From: a virus
Taxonomy: Duplodnaviria > Caudoviricetes
Length of the DNA stretch: 43,506 nucleotides
IMG/VR virus record: IMGVR_UViG_3300033485_000037
Span: 1 to 43,506 of that record
Direction: 5' to 3' (one strand)
Position numbers and translations under genes: made by a program. Below, one piece after another: positions 18,109-27,636 of this stretch. The notes under the pieces were generated by a model, which was not told the DNA's origin, did no database searches, and saw only the letters and a program-made list of their open reading frames with translations. Each line of letters begins with the position of its first letter. The stretch's first letter is position 1.

Positions 18109-19071
18109 ATGTCAAGTCAACCAATGGAAATAGCACAATACAATCAAGCCACGCTGGTAAGGCCGGATCAAATGGAACTTACCGTTGAAGAGATCGTCAC
18201 GAAAGTAGCAAAGGTCCGCCAGGTCGCGCAAAGCGTGATGAAAGACGGCGTTCATTTCGGCACCATTCCGGGAACGCCCAAGCCGACGCTCTACAAGGCA
18301 GGCGGCGAGATCCTCTGCTTGACCTTCCGGCTCGCTCCGAAATACGAGAAGGAAATCATAGACCTGGGCAATGGCCATCGTGAATACAGCGTCAGGTGCG
18401 ACCTGTTTCATATTCAGAGCGGGGCGTTCTTCGGCTCCGGTGTAGGCTCATGTTCGACGATGGAGAGCAAGTACCGCTATCGCCCGGGGCCGGTGGAATC
18501 AACGGGGCATCCGGTGCCGAAAGAATACTGGGACTATCGGAAATCAGATCCCAAGAAGGCGCAGGAATTGATAGGCGGCAAGGGCTTCTCAGCCAAAAAG
18601 ATTGACGGCTCCTGGCTGATCTGCCGCGCCGGGGAGGTCATCGAGAATCCCAATATCGCCGACTGCTACAACACGGCCCTGAAGATCGGAGCTAAACGCG
18701 CTTATCTTGATGCGGTCCTGAAGGCTACGGCGGCGTCAGAAGTCTATACCCAGGATTTGAAGGACGAAGATGATGAAGATGACGAAGGTTCGCCGGATAA
18801 GCCAGCTCCTATCCAGCAGCCGCAGCGCAAATCGGAGGCACAGGACGCTAACGGCAAACTCATCAACGAAAAGCAAATTTCCCGGCTATGGTCCAAGGCG
18901 TATGCGTTGAACCTCAAGGACAAGGCGGCGGAGCGCAAACTGGTTGACGATATCTTGGCAACCTACGGCTATCAGCACGCAGACAAGGTGAAGGTCACGG
19001 ACTACGACGCGATAATTGCCTGGATAGAAAAGGGGCAAGTGCCGTCCTCCGATCCGGAGCCAGGCGCATAG
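18109..19071 (+). CDS. Putative single-strand annealing recombinase
   Basis: 'GVHFGTIPGTPKPTLYKAG..NTALKIGAKRAYLDAV..VYTQDL'; adjacent to exonuclease. Confidence 0.6.
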   Translation: MSSQPMEIAQYNQATLVRPDQMELTVEEIVTKVAKVRQVAQSVMKDGVHFGTIPGTPKPTLYKAGGEILCLTFRLAPKYEKEIIDLGNGHREYSVRCDLFHIQSGAFFGSGVGSCSTMESKYRYRPGPVESTGHPVPKEYWDYRKSDPKKAQELIGGKGFSAKKIDGSWLICRAGEVIENPNIADCYNTALKIGAKRAYLDAVLKATAASEVYTQDLKDEDDEDDEGSPDKPAPIQQPQRKSEAQDANGKLINEKQISRLWSKAYALNLKDKAAERKLVDDILATYGYQHADKVKVTDYDAIIAWIEKGQVPSSDPEPGA

Positions 19072-19151
19072 CCTTCACCCGGAGCGGCGGGGCATTACCC
19101 ACGGATGCCGCTCTCTCCGTGGGCGGACGAGGTTGGTTGAAGGGGAATATT

Positions 19152-19511
19152 ATGAGCTATCACAGAGATGAATACAAATCTGAATATGAACTTAGGCGTG
19201 AGAAGGAACGGTTGTCTGATAGATGGCACGATCCTGATGTGCAACGAAGATGGGCCGCAGAAGATCGTATTAGAGAGATCAATTACGAGTTTAACAGGCG
19301 TGAAGATCGGCGGAGAGAGGAAGAAGAGGAAAAACAACGGCAGGAACGACAAGCAAGAGATCGCCGAGAGGCCGCACGGCGAGAACAAGAGTATTACGAA
19401 TACGAAAGAGAACAACGGCGCTTACATGAAGAACAAGAGCAGGAATCGGACGCCGACAGGGAAATGTTCGGTGATGACAATCGCGGACTTGAAGACATAG
19501 GGAATAAATGA
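19152..19511 (+). CDS. Highly charged Glu/Arg-rich hypothetical protein
   Basis: GAAGGGG RBS; coupled to the next gene. Confidence 0.5.
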   Translation: MSYHRDEYKSEYELRREKERLSDRWHDPDVQRRWAAEDRIREINYEFNRREDRRREEEEEKQRQERQARDRREAARREQEYYEYEREQRRLHEEQEQESDADREMFGDDNRGLEDIGNK

Positions 19512-19834
19512 GGCACCCAAGCTCACTCGAAGAAACACTGGCGTACCAGATCAAGGTGGTGGGGCTACCGGCGCCGGTGAGGGAATTTAAGTTTCATCCA
19601 AAACGCAAATGGCGTTTTGACTTTGCTTGGCCCCGTCACAAGATCGCAGTCGAAGTTGAAGGGGGAGTTTGGACCGGAGGAAGGCACATGCGCGGATTCG
19701 GGTTTCAGGCCGATTGCGAAAAATACGCAATGGCGCTTATCGCCGGGTGGCGGGTGCTGCGAGTTACCGGCGAGATGGTCAAGGATGGCACGGCATTGAA
19801 TTACATCGAGGAGCTTTTGAATGCAGCAAGCTAA
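19508..19834 (+). CDS. DUF559/Vsr-like PD-(D/E)XK endonuclease
   Basis: 'REFKFHPKRKWRFDFAWP..IAVEVEGG..GWRVLRVT'. Confidence 0.8.
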   Translation: MRHPSSLEETLAYQIKVVGLPAPVREFKFHPKRKWRFDFAWPRHKIAVEVEGGVWTGGRHMRGFGFQADCEKYAMALIAGWRVLRVTGEMVKDGTALNYIEELLNAAS

Positions 19835-20165
19835 CCTATTCGATGCTCCTGCGGCAAAGCAGGCCGCAACGCGCGGCATGGACAGATCCCTTCTGCGCCG
19901 TGGTGACGAATGGAAGGATGAGGTCATCGACATCATCCGCCAGGTTGCTACCAGGCAGGAGCTGCTGACTTCCGATGACGTCTACCGCGTCCTCGAGGAT
20001 CGGCACATGGGAGCCTATTGCCTCCGGATCATCGGCCCACTGATGCTGAGAGCGGCAAAGGCCGGGTACATCGAATCGACGCATACAGTGCGGCATTCGG
20101 AACGGGTGAGTATGCACGCGGCATGGGTGACGGTGTGGAGGAGTAAGATTGCGGGGATGGCGTGA
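19821..20165 (+). CDS. Hypothetical phage protein
   Basis: GAGGAG RBS, overlapping neighbours. Confidence 0.6.
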   Translation: MQQANLFDAPAAKQAATRGMDRSLLRRGDEWKDEVIDIIRQVATRQELLTSDDVYRVLEDRHMGAYCLRIIGPLMLRAAKAGYIESTHTVRHSERVSMHAAWVTVWRSKIAGMA

Positions 20166-21124
20166 ACGGAATTAGCTGGACTGACCAAACCTGGAATCCA
20201 ATTGTCGGTTGTAGCCACGTTTCTGCTGGCTGTGATCACTGTTGGGCTGAGCGGATGGCCAAACTGCATTACCATTCCAAATTTCCGAACGGTTGGAGCA
20301 AGCACGGCCCGATATCATTCCCGGAGCGCCTTGAACAGCCGCTGCACTGGCGCAAGCCGCGCCGGATTGCGGTTGCACTCATGGGCGACCTTTTCCACGA
20401 TGCTGTGCCGGATGAGTTTATCGACAAGGTTTTCACAATGATGGCGTTCTGTAGGAGACATACATTTCAGCTTCTAACTAAACGGCCGGATCGCATGCAC
20501 GCGTATTTCTTAAATGATAGACCTGGTCACATTGATTACACCGCTGGTCAATTAATGAGTCAAGATTTTGGATATATGGTGGGCTCCTTTAAGTGCCTCC
20601 GCCAACCAAATGTAGCCGGTGGCATTGAAGGCTGGCCACTTCCAAACGTCTGGCTTGGTGTCTCCTGTGAAAATCAAGCCGCCGCCGCCGAGCGAATCCC
20701 GCTGCTTCTGCAGACTCCCGCAGCTGTCAGGTTTGTGAGCTGTGAACCGCTCCTGGGGCCGATCAATTTAGACGGCGATGACGCCGAAGATATACACGCG
20801 CTTGGATGTGGCGGGGATTGCGACTGTGCCCCGAAGCTAGATTGGGTAATCGTTGGCGGCGAAACCGGACCAGGCGCAAGGCCAATGCACCCGGACTGGG
20901 CGCGATCACTGCGCGATCAGTGTCGGGCGGCTGGCGTTCCATTCCATTTCAAGCAGTGGGGCGAGTGGCGAATGTTCCCGCGTGGATCGGATTGCTTACT
21001 ACAAGGCAATATTCAAAGTGCATCACAGGATGATTCATTATGGTTCAAACGCCTCGGCAAGAAATCCTCTGGCCGTCTCCTGGATGGCCGAGAATGGCTG
21101 GAATTCCCGGAGGCGAAGGCGTGA
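20162..21124 (+). CDS. Phage Gp37/Gp68 family (DUF5131) protein
   Basis: 'ISWTDQTWNPIVGCSHVSAGCDHCWAE..MGDLFH..LLTKRP..SCEPLLG..WVIVGGETG..FKQWG'. Confidence 0.9.
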   Translation: MNGISWTDQTWNPIVGCSHVSAGCDHCWAERMAKLHYHSKFPNGWSKHGPISFPERLEQPLHWRKPRRIAVALMGDLFHDAVPDEFIDKVFTMMAFCRRHTFQLLTKRPDRMHAYFLNDRPGHIDYTAGQLMSQDFGYMVGSFKCLRQPNVAGGIEGWPLPNVWLGVSCENQAAAAERIPLLLQTPAAVRFVSCEPLLGPINLDGDDAEDIHALGCGGDCDCAPKLDWVIVGGETGPGARPMHPDWARSLRDQCRAAGVPFHFKQWGEWRMFPRGSDCLLQGNIQSASQDDSLWFKRLGKKSSGRLLDGREWLEFPEAKA

Positions 21125-21196
21125 AAGAGATTAGATCAGCAGGGAAGTCCCTGCAGTAATTACCGGCAACACACGATATGAGTACAGGGTGTGTAT

Positions 21197-21418
21197 ATGG
21201 CAAATTCGGACGATCTTAGGCATTGCGGCAACTGGTTAGGCAAGGCGCGGCGCAATTTCAACCTCACAAACCGCTCATGGAACCTGCTTCATGCGCTTTG
21301 TCTGGAATACGGCCTCAACCATTCATCAATGCTGGAAATTTGCATCCGTGAAAAGTTCATCAAGGACATTGGGCCGCTGCCGCCGATCGAGTACGCCGGA
21401 GGAAGGAAAGCCAAATGA
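21197..21418 (+). CDS. Small RHH-like hypothetical protein
   Basis: 'RRNFNLT..LLHALCLEYGLNHSSMLEICIRE'. Confidence 0.45.
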   Translation: MANSDDLRHCGNWLGKARRNFNLTNRSWNLLHALCLEYGLNHSSMLEICIREKFIKDIGPLPPIEYAGGRKAK

Positions 21419-21624
21419 GGACGGATAGCCAGAAAAACTCAACTTCTGATAAGATATCATATGTTTTAAACCCACGACAGCCGCACAGTAAACACACAAA
21501 AAAGATCCTCGCACTGTTCGATGACGGCTACACGTACGGCGAAATCGCCGCACGCCTGAGCCTGAATCCACTCCACGTATTCGACATCATTCACAGCCAT
21601 CTGCGGCGCATGGTGGGGGTATAG
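21415..21624 (+). CDS. Small HTH DNA-binding protein
   Basis: 'GYTYGEIAARLSLNPLHVFDII'. Confidence 0.6.
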   Translation: MRTDSQKNSTSDKISYVLNPRQPHSKHTKKILALFDDGYTYGEIAARLSLNPLHVFDIIHSHLRRMVGV

Positions 21625-21775
21625 ATGTGCGCACACAGAAAAAGCCCGATAGCACTCTGCCCATATTGCGGAAAGAAGATCTATGAACCTATTGCAAACC
21701 ATTCCATATTCAGATGCGAAGGATTCAAGGAACGACTACGACAAATTCCTGTCAGCAAAGCGAAATCTATAAAAA

Positions 21776-23164
21776 ATGACTTACCAAAACTTCCTAAAAT
21801 CTAAAATGCAGTTAGAGGGGGATTTCGGATTTGATCCATTATGGATGCCCGATTCCCTATTTGATTTTCAAAAATACCTTGTGGAATGGGCGCTCAGAAA
21901 AGGCCGCGCGCTCATTGCTTCCGATTGCGGAACGGGAAAAACCCCAATGCAATTAGTATGGGCCGAGAATGTCAGACGTAAAACAAATGGGAATATTCTT
22001 ATACTGACTCCGCTTGCCGTTGGCCCTCAAACGGTCAAGGAAGCCGAGAAATTTGGTGTTGAATGCCGACGTTCACCTGATGGAAAAATCAAGCCGGGAA
22101 TAACAATTACCAACTATCAACGGTTGCACTATTTCGATCCTTCCGACTTTTGCGCGGTAGTGTGCGACGAATCCAGCATCCTGAAAAACTTCGACGGAAC
22201 GACCAAGGCGGCAATAACTGAATTTATGCGCCTAATGCCTTATCGATTACTTTGCACAGCTACGGCCGCGCCGAATGACTATATTGAACTCGGTACATCT
22301 TCTGAGGCTCTTGGGTATCTCGGCTATATGGATATGCTGACCCGCTTTTTTAAGAATGAGCAGAACACCATAAAGCCGATGACATTCCGCCATCGCGGGC
22401 AGAACTTCACAGCCCTGTATGACCGTGCCAAATGGAGATTTAAGCGGCACGCAGAACAACCTTTTTGGCGTTGGGTGTGTAGCTGGGCCAGGGCGCTAAG
22501 AAGGCCATCCGATTTAGGATTCGCAGATGGGAAATTCATTTTGCCTGAATTGATTGAGCGGCAAACCATCATTGAAAACACCAAGCCCTTACCGGGGTTT
22601 CTCTTTACTCAAGTGGCCGTGGGGCTTCACGAAGAGCGGGAAGAATTGAAGCTCACCATCAATGAGCGATGTGAACGGGCGGCTGAGATTGTAAAGCGCA
22701 ATGGTTGCTCAGTGGTTTGGTGTAATTTGAATGAGGAAGGGCGACTTCTTAGAAGGTTAATCCCCGATGCGATTGAAGTTAGCGGTTCTGACTCTGACGA
22801 GAAAAAAGAGGAAGTATTTGTTGCGTTCAAGGCCGGACAAATAAAGCGCCTGATTACAAAATGCAAGATTGCGGCATTCGGTCTAAATTGGGAACACTGC
22901 AATCATACCGTATTTTTTGCCTCTCATTCCTATGAGCAATACTACCAAGCTGTTCGGCGGTTCTGGCGATTCGGGCAAATCAATCCAGTTGAAGTCGATG
23001 TGATCGCTACCAGTGGGGGAATTGCCGCACTCGAAAGCCTTCAGCGTAAATCCAAACAAGCGGAGAAAATGTTTTCTAATATCGTGGAACTCATGAATGA
23101 TTCAATGAGCCTTTCCCGATCCGTGGAATACAAAACCGAGGAGAAAATACCGGAATGGCTATAG
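21776..23164 (+). CDS. SNF2-like superfamily 2 helicase
   Basis: DCGTGKT, CDESS, TATAAPN, FGLN, QAVRRFWRFGQ. Confidence 0.9.
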   Translation: MTYQNFLKSKMQLEGDFGFDPLWMPDSLFDFQKYLVEWALRKGRALIASDCGTGKTPMQLVWAENVRRKTNGNILILTPLAVGPQTVKEAEKFGVECRRSPDGKIKPGITITNYQRLHYFDPSDFCAVVCDESSILKNFDGTTKAAITEFMRLMPYRLLCTATAAPNDYIELGTSSEALGYLGYMDMLTRFFKNEQNTIKPMTFRHRGQNFTALYDRAKWRFKRHAEQPFWRWVCSWARALRRPSDLGFADGKFILPELIERQTIIENTKPLPGFLFTQVAVGLHEEREELKLTINERCERAAEIVKRNGCSVVWCNLNEEGRLLRRLIPDAIEVSGSDSDEKKEEVFVAFKAGQIKRLITKCKIAAFGLNWEHCNHTVFFASHSYEQYYQAVRRFWRFGQINPVEVDVIATSGGIAALESLQRKSKQAEKMFSNIVELMNDSMSLSRSVEYKTEEKIPEWL

Positions 23165-24171
23165 CCGATCAACACCTAAACGATCATTATGCGGTTTATC
23201 TAGGCGACTCCTGCGAGCTTCTTCCCAAGCTAAAAGATGAGTCGGTGCATCTATCTATTTATTCACCGCCATTCGCCACTGAACGCGGTGGGGCTTTGTA
23301 CCACTACACATCAAGCGAGAGAGATTTGTCGAACTCCCGCACTTATAATGAATTTTTTCAGCATTATGAATTTATTGTCAGGGAAATCTATCGTCTGACA
23401 TTGCCGGGAAGAATGAGTGGTGTGCATGCCACGGATATTCCCACGGGAAACTCAGGCTGTGATGCGCTAAGCGATTTCCCTGGAGATATTATCCGGCTCC
23501 ATAGAAAACTCGGATTTGACTACACCGGAAGATATTGCATTTGGAAGGAGCCATTAGGGGTACGCAACCGGACAATGGCTAAGAATCTCGCACACAAGAC
23601 CATTGTGGATGATAGCTCTAAGTGTTCAGTTGCTTCTGCTGATTATCTCTTGATGTTTAGGAAAAAGGGCCAAAACCCCATACCAATTAATCATCCTAAT
23701 GGATTATTGGAATATGCCGGTGAGCGGCAGATTCCACAGGAACTGATATCTTACCGTGGATGGAAGGGTAATCAGATTGAAAACCGATATTCTCATTGGA
23801 TCTGGAGGCAATATGCTTCGGCGTTTTGGGATGACATACGAATCGACCGCGTTTTACCTTTCAGGGAGGCCAGGGATGAGGAGGACGAAAAGCATTGCCA
23901 TCCACTCCAGCTCGACGTAATTGACCGCTGCTTAGTGCTCTGGAGCAATCCAGGTGAGGTAGTACTAACTCCATTTATGGGTGTTGGATCCGAAGTATAT
24001 GGTGCTGTGAGTAATGGCCGGAAAGCTGTGGGTTGTGAACTAAAACCATCCTACTATCGGCAATCGTTGAAAAATCTAGAGTTTGCCTTATCGAACACAA
24101 CAAAACAGAATGAACTGTTATTTAACGACCATGCTCGCGCGAAAACTAAATGTCACGAATCCGAAACCTGA
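23155..24171 (+). CDS. DNA N4-cytosine/N6-adenine methyltransferase, beta class
   Basis: SPPF catalytic motif precedes TPFMGVGS SAM-binding motif. Confidence 0.9.
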   Translation: MAIADQHLNDHYAVYLGDSCELLPKLKDESVHLSIYSPPFATERGGALYHYTSSERDLSNSRTYNEFFQHYEFIVREIYRLTLPGRMSGVHATDIPTGNSGCDALSDFPGDIIRLHRKLGFDYTGRYCIWKEPLGVRNRTMAKNLAHKTIVDDSSKCSVASADYLLMFRKKGQNPIPINHPNGLLEYAGERQIPQELISYRGWKGNQIENRYSHWIWRQYASAFWDDIRIDRVLPFREARDEEDEKHCHPLQLDVIDRCLVLWSNPGEVVLTPFMGVGSEVYGAVSNGRKAVGCELKPSYYRQSLKNLEFALSNTTKQNELLFNDHARAKTKCHESET

Positions 24172-24956
24172 AGCCTGAATATTTTCTCGATGAAGAACTC
24201 GCACAATGCGGAAGGGATGCACAACTTCTATTCGCTGGCCTTTGGCTCCTGGCGGATCGCTGCGGGCTCCTTGAGGATAGACCGGCCATGATAAAGGCAG
24301 TCACGTTTCCCTACTACGATGACATTACCCCGGCAGTAGTTTCCACTCTTCTTGACCGTCTGGCCGCCTGCGCATTTATCGTTCGGTACGAAAAAGAGGG
24401 TAAAAAGCTGATATGGGTGAGAAACTTTGAAAAACACCAGCACGTTCACCCTAATGAGGCCAAGAGCGTATTACCGCTTCCATCTAAAGAGGATATCGAG
24501 TTATCCGGTAATTTAATTAAATGTAATTTAATTTCGCATTCTTTTACTTATACTTCTACTGATACTTCTACTTCTACTGGTGGGGACGCTTTGCGTCCCA
24601 CACGCGCCGCAAAGGGGCGGCGCTCCAGCCAGAAAACCTCAGCGCCTGATGTCTTCGAAATCTCGGAAAGCCTGAAAGAATGGGCGAGTAAGGTTTGTCC
24701 TAATATCCGCCTCGATGAGGAGACGGAAAAGATGCTCGATCATCATCGCGCCAGAGGTGACTGCTTCCGGGATTGGGATGCAGCTTGGCGGAAGTGGATG
24801 CGAAATGCGGCCGAATGGGGCTTAGCGCGCAAAAATATCAGCGGAAACAGCAAATCCTACAAACCCGACACCATCGGCGAAAGCCCCGAGAGCGACGATC
24901 CGCCATGTGAAGCGGCTATCAAGAAAGCGCATGAGCTTTTTGGAGGATTCAAATGA
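24150..24956 (+). CDS. Phage replication initiation protein
   Basis: 'MSRIRNLKPEYF..LLFAGLWLLAD..NFEKHQ' N-terminus and 'DWDAAWRKW' C-terminal motif. Confidence 0.75.
   Translation: MSRIRNLKPEYFLDEELAQCGRDAQLLFAGLWLLADRCGLLEDRPAMIKAVTFPYYDDITPAVVSTLLDRLAACAFIVRYEKEGKKLIWVRNFEKHQHVHPNEAKSVLPLPSKEDIELSGNLIKCNLISHSFTYTSTDTSTSTGGDALRPTRAAKGRRSSQKTSAPDVFEISESLKEWASKVCPNIRLDEETEKMLDHHRARGDCFRDWDAAWRKWMRNAAEWGLARKNISGNSKSYKPDTIGESPESDDPPCEAAIKKAHELFGGFK
24508..24578. repeat. Candidate replication origin inside the initiator gene
   Basis: GTAATTTAATT twice, then TACTTC-like hexamer repeats; AT-rich. Confidence 0.4.
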
Positions 24957-25083
24957 ACTGGTTTGAGCTCCGCACACGCGGCCGTTTTATGCGCGACGTT
25001 GACTTGCTAGGCAACGCGGTGATGATCGCCATTATCGCGTTCGTTTTGGGGTTGCTTATTGGCGGGGAGAATGGGAGGTGAGC

Positions 25084-25326
25084 ATGGAAGTTAATCGAGA
25101 AAATCATCTGGCGGATTCTTTTAGGTACGCCTTGTCGATTAAGCTGAAGGAAAGGAAACGGCTCCAACCTGATTTGGACGGATGGTATTGGGTTAAATTC
25201 GCGTTCTCACCGCGACCATATCCGTTTCGAGCGTGGAATAGGAAATTTCATGGTGTGGGTTATTGGCTGTTGTCCAAACTCAGCAAGGTTGAATGGATAG
25301 CGGGGCCGCTTGACTATCCAGAATAG
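25084..25326 (+). CDS. Hypothetical protein
   Basis: GGAGGTG RBS. Confidence 0.5.
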   Translation: MEVNRENHLADSFRYALSIKLKERKRLQPDLDGWYWVKFAFSPRPYPFRAWNRKFHGVGYWLLSKLSKVEWIAGPLDYPE

Positions 25327-25335
25327 GGAGAAGTA

Positions 25336-25518
25336 ATGGAAAAAGAATCCCTGCGAATGTGTACTAAGCATATGGTCTCTTGGACAAATGAACAATGCGA
25401 CATTTGTGACCTTGAAGCGCGGCTGAAGGATGCGGAGGAGATATTGTATGGGGTGGCTAACAACGGTATAGATTGGGGCAATAGGGCGAGAGCCTACTTC
25501 AAGAAATGGGGGAAGTAA
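25336..25518 (+). CDS. Hypothetical protein
   Basis: GGGAG RBS, coupled series of small ORFs. Confidence 0.5.
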   Translation: MEKESLRMCTKHMVSWTNEQCDICDLEARLKDAEEILYGVANNGIDWGNRARAYFKKWGK

Positions 25519-25793
25519 TGTGTAGCAAAGAAGAAACAGCGGTCAAAGACAAATACACGTTGCATCTTAGCTCATGGGCGCAACAGATAATCTCCGACCT
25601 TCAGCGGCAGCTTGCGGAGATTGAGCGGCTGAGGGAGGGGTTGAAGAGGTTGGAGTGGATAGATTTATTTCCCGCTTCGGTGAATATGGCAAGAAAAGAA
25701 CGGTGTCCAGTGTGCCTATGTAGCAAGAAAGAAACAGGTGGTGATGGGCATGATACCGACTGCTGGCTGGCCGCACTATTGGAGGGGAAATGA
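25518..25793 (+). CDS. Hypothetical protein
   Basis: 'CPVC..GHDTDCWL' metal-binding motif. Confidence 0.5.
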   Translation: MCSKEETAVKDKYTLHLSSWAQQIISDLQRQLAEIERLREGLKRLEWIDLFPASVNMARKERCPVCLCSKKETGGDGHDTDCWLAALLEGK

Positions 25794-25981
25794 GAATCTG
25801 GATTAGGGCATCAACCTTGTATAACAGCTCTGATTCGGTTGACGTAAGCACAGACAAATATGGATATAGCAGGATTGTGGTCTGCCGTAAGCACATGTCC
25901 CGCCTTCTTCGCGGCTCCAGTAAGCGTCTGCCACGGCACGGATCGGATGAGGTGGTGGAGGTGGAACTGGAGGCGAAATGA
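25790..25981 (+). CDS. Hypothetical protein
   Basis: GGAGG RBS, ATGA coupling. Confidence 0.45.
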   Translation: MRIWIRASTLYNSSDSVDVSTDKYGYSRIVVCRKHMSRLLRGSSKRLPRHGSDEVVEVELEAK

Positions 25982-26029
25982 CAATCGCGGGCGGCGTGGA
26001 TCGGCCCAAAACACGCAAGGAGGTTGATG

Positions 26030-26446
26030 ATGAAACTATGTAAAAAGTGTGGGGTAGAAAAATCAGAGGATGATTTTTATTGGCAATTTGGAAAGCCAAG
26101 AACTTATTGTAAATCATGCTTCAAAGCCGCTTGGCATGAATACAGAACGGCCAATAAGGAAAAATATTATATACACAATAATATTGGAAAACAGAAATAT
26201 AGATCACTTTATCCCGAAAGAATATACGCCCAAAGAGCATTATCGTACGCTATTAGATCCGGCTTAATAAATAAACCGAATCAATGTGAACAATGCGGGA
26301 CGGAATGCAAACCGCAAGGGCACCATCCAGACTATGCCAAGCCTCGTAATGTTGTGTTTTTATGTCCTCTTTGCTATAAACATGTACACAGTAACTATCA
26401 AACCGAAACTATTTTGATGGGGAAATGCGACGATGAAAAAGCGTAA
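26030..26446 (+). CDS. HNH-like zinc-finger endonuclease
   Basis: 'CKKCG..CKSC..CEQCG..GHHPDYAKP..LCPLC'; AT-rich relative to flanks. Confidence 0.65.
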   Translation: MKLCKKCGVEKSEDDFYWQFGKPRTYCKSCFKAAWHEYRTANKEKYYIHNNIGKQKYRSLYPERIYAQRALSYAIRSGLINKPNQCEQCGTECKPQGHHPDYAKPRNVVFLCPLCYKHVHSNYQTETILMGKCDDEKA

Positions 26447-26615
26447 TCAGGTGTGGGTGATTGAGGTAAATGATTACAAATCTAGATGGCTGCCGCTTGA
26501 TTTAGAACTGACGCGGAAATCAGCTATAGAAACTATGAAATCCTACGGTGGATACCGAAGGACTCCACGCGACTACCGCATCGTCAAGTACGTGGCCGAG
26601 GAGGGCAAGAAATGA
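26433..26615 (+). CDS. Hypothetical protein
   Basis: Coupled small ORF. Confidence 0.45.
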   Translation: MKKRNQVWVIEVNDYKSRWLPLDLELTRKSAIETMKSYGGYRRTPRDYRIVKYVAEEGKK

Positions 26616-26929
26616 TTAAGCTGAGCGAAATTGAGAAACGATGCAATGAGGCTACAAAGGGGCCGTGGGAAAAGAGCGTTGCAGGAATTGAAGGCGATAA
26701 CTACATAGCAGGAACGGGGCCGTGGTATCGCACCGTTGGGGCATGGAACGCAAAAAGTGATAATTCCATAAACGATGCCGACTTCATTGCTCAAGCCCGT
26801 ACCGATCTCCCCGAAGCCCTGCGCTTGCTGAGGGAGGCTAGAGAAATCATTGAGACACTAGGAATATTTCAACCGGATATTCTCAAATTATCCAAGGTTG
26901 AGAAGTGGCTATCAGAGGTGCAGCCATAG
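26612..26929 (+). CDS. Ead/Ea22-like phage protein
   Basis: 'EATKGPW..DADFIAQARTDLP'. Confidence 0.6.
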   Translation: MIKLSEIEKRCNEATKGPWEKSVAGIEGDNYIAGTGPWYRTVGAWNAKSDNSINDADFIAQARTDLPEALRLLREAREIIETLGIFQPDILKLSKVEKWLSEVQP

Positions 26930-26951
26930 CTAAACGAGCGAGGGAGAAATA

Positions 26952-27464
26952 ATGGAAAACAGAAGGTCGTTTCTAAATAAGCTAATAGCAACCGCAACAG
27001 TTCCCTTTGTCATCAAGTATGCGGATGGGTCACAGGAGAAAATTCCTGTGCGATACGCCAAGAGAAAGGGCTTGCATATAACGATGCTCACTAGCGACGG
27101 CGAATGGATCAACGGCCCTGCTATCGGCACGCTGAAATGGTTAGATAAGCTGCCGAAAGACAGCGGTTTTTATCCAGAATGCGGATACCTGATTGCTACG
27201 AAACCCTTACTTCTGACAAAAGGGACCGTGATATTTGATAAGAGAATCACGCATTTTCGCCTATTGGACGACGAAGGAATTGTTATCAGCGAAAGAAGCA
27301 TGGAGGTTAATCTAGGTGGAAGCCTCAATGAATATACGCTGACAGTTACCTGGGCGCTGGCTTGCGGAGTCCTCAAAGATAATTCAATAGGGAAATATAG
27401 TGCAAGTTTGCTACGTAAGAAGATAGATCCGTATTTGACGAAGGGTCACGGAAATGACCGATAA
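26952..27464 (+). CDS. Hypothetical protein with twin-arginine-like N-terminus
   Basis: MENRRSFLNKLIATATVPFV. Confidence 0.55.
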   Translation: MENRRSFLNKLIATATVPFVIKYADGSQEKIPVRYAKRKGLHITMLTSDGEWINGPAIGTLKWLDKLPKDSGFYPECGYLIATKPLLLTKGTVIFDKRITHFRLLDDEGIVISERSMEVNLGGSLNEYTLTVTWALACGVLKDNSIGKYSASLLRKKIDPYLTKGHGNDR

Positions 27465-27636
27465 ACCCACCTACAGACCGGATGAGCTGGCGGTAGCCCT
27501 GGAAATCAAGGTGCGGAAGGTGCTGGACATGCTGCGCCGTGGAGAGATTGACCATGTTCATATTTGCCACAACCACACAAACGTCAGGATACCGCGCAAG
27601 GAATATCTCAGGCTGGTAGGTGAAAAACGTGTATAA
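27454..27636 (+). CDS. Excisionase-like (HTH_17/MerR-type) DNA-binding protein
   Basis: 'YRPDELAVALEIKVRKVLDMLRRGEI..VRIPRKE'. Confidence 0.75.
   Translation: MTDKPTYRPDELAVALEIKVRKVLDMLRRGEIDHVHICHNHTNVRIPRKEYLRLVGEKRV

Noticed and set aside
19029-19035. -1 frameshift at A AAG GGG fusing the annealing protein to ORF 19152
   Set aside because: The -1 frame is open, but the strong structure lies ~45 nt away and the downstream ORF has its own RBS; no positive support.
19081-19143. HDV-like/theta ribozyme
   Set aside because: Could not place P1.1, P3 or the catalytic C in the required order.
21776-24171. DISARM/BREX or type III restriction-modification defence system
   Set aside because: No nuclease, PglZ or DUF1998 partners; the context is a phage replication operon.
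27454-27636. True excisionase implying an integration module
   Set aside because: No integrase or att-like context found; its location before the packaging operon fits a regulator better.
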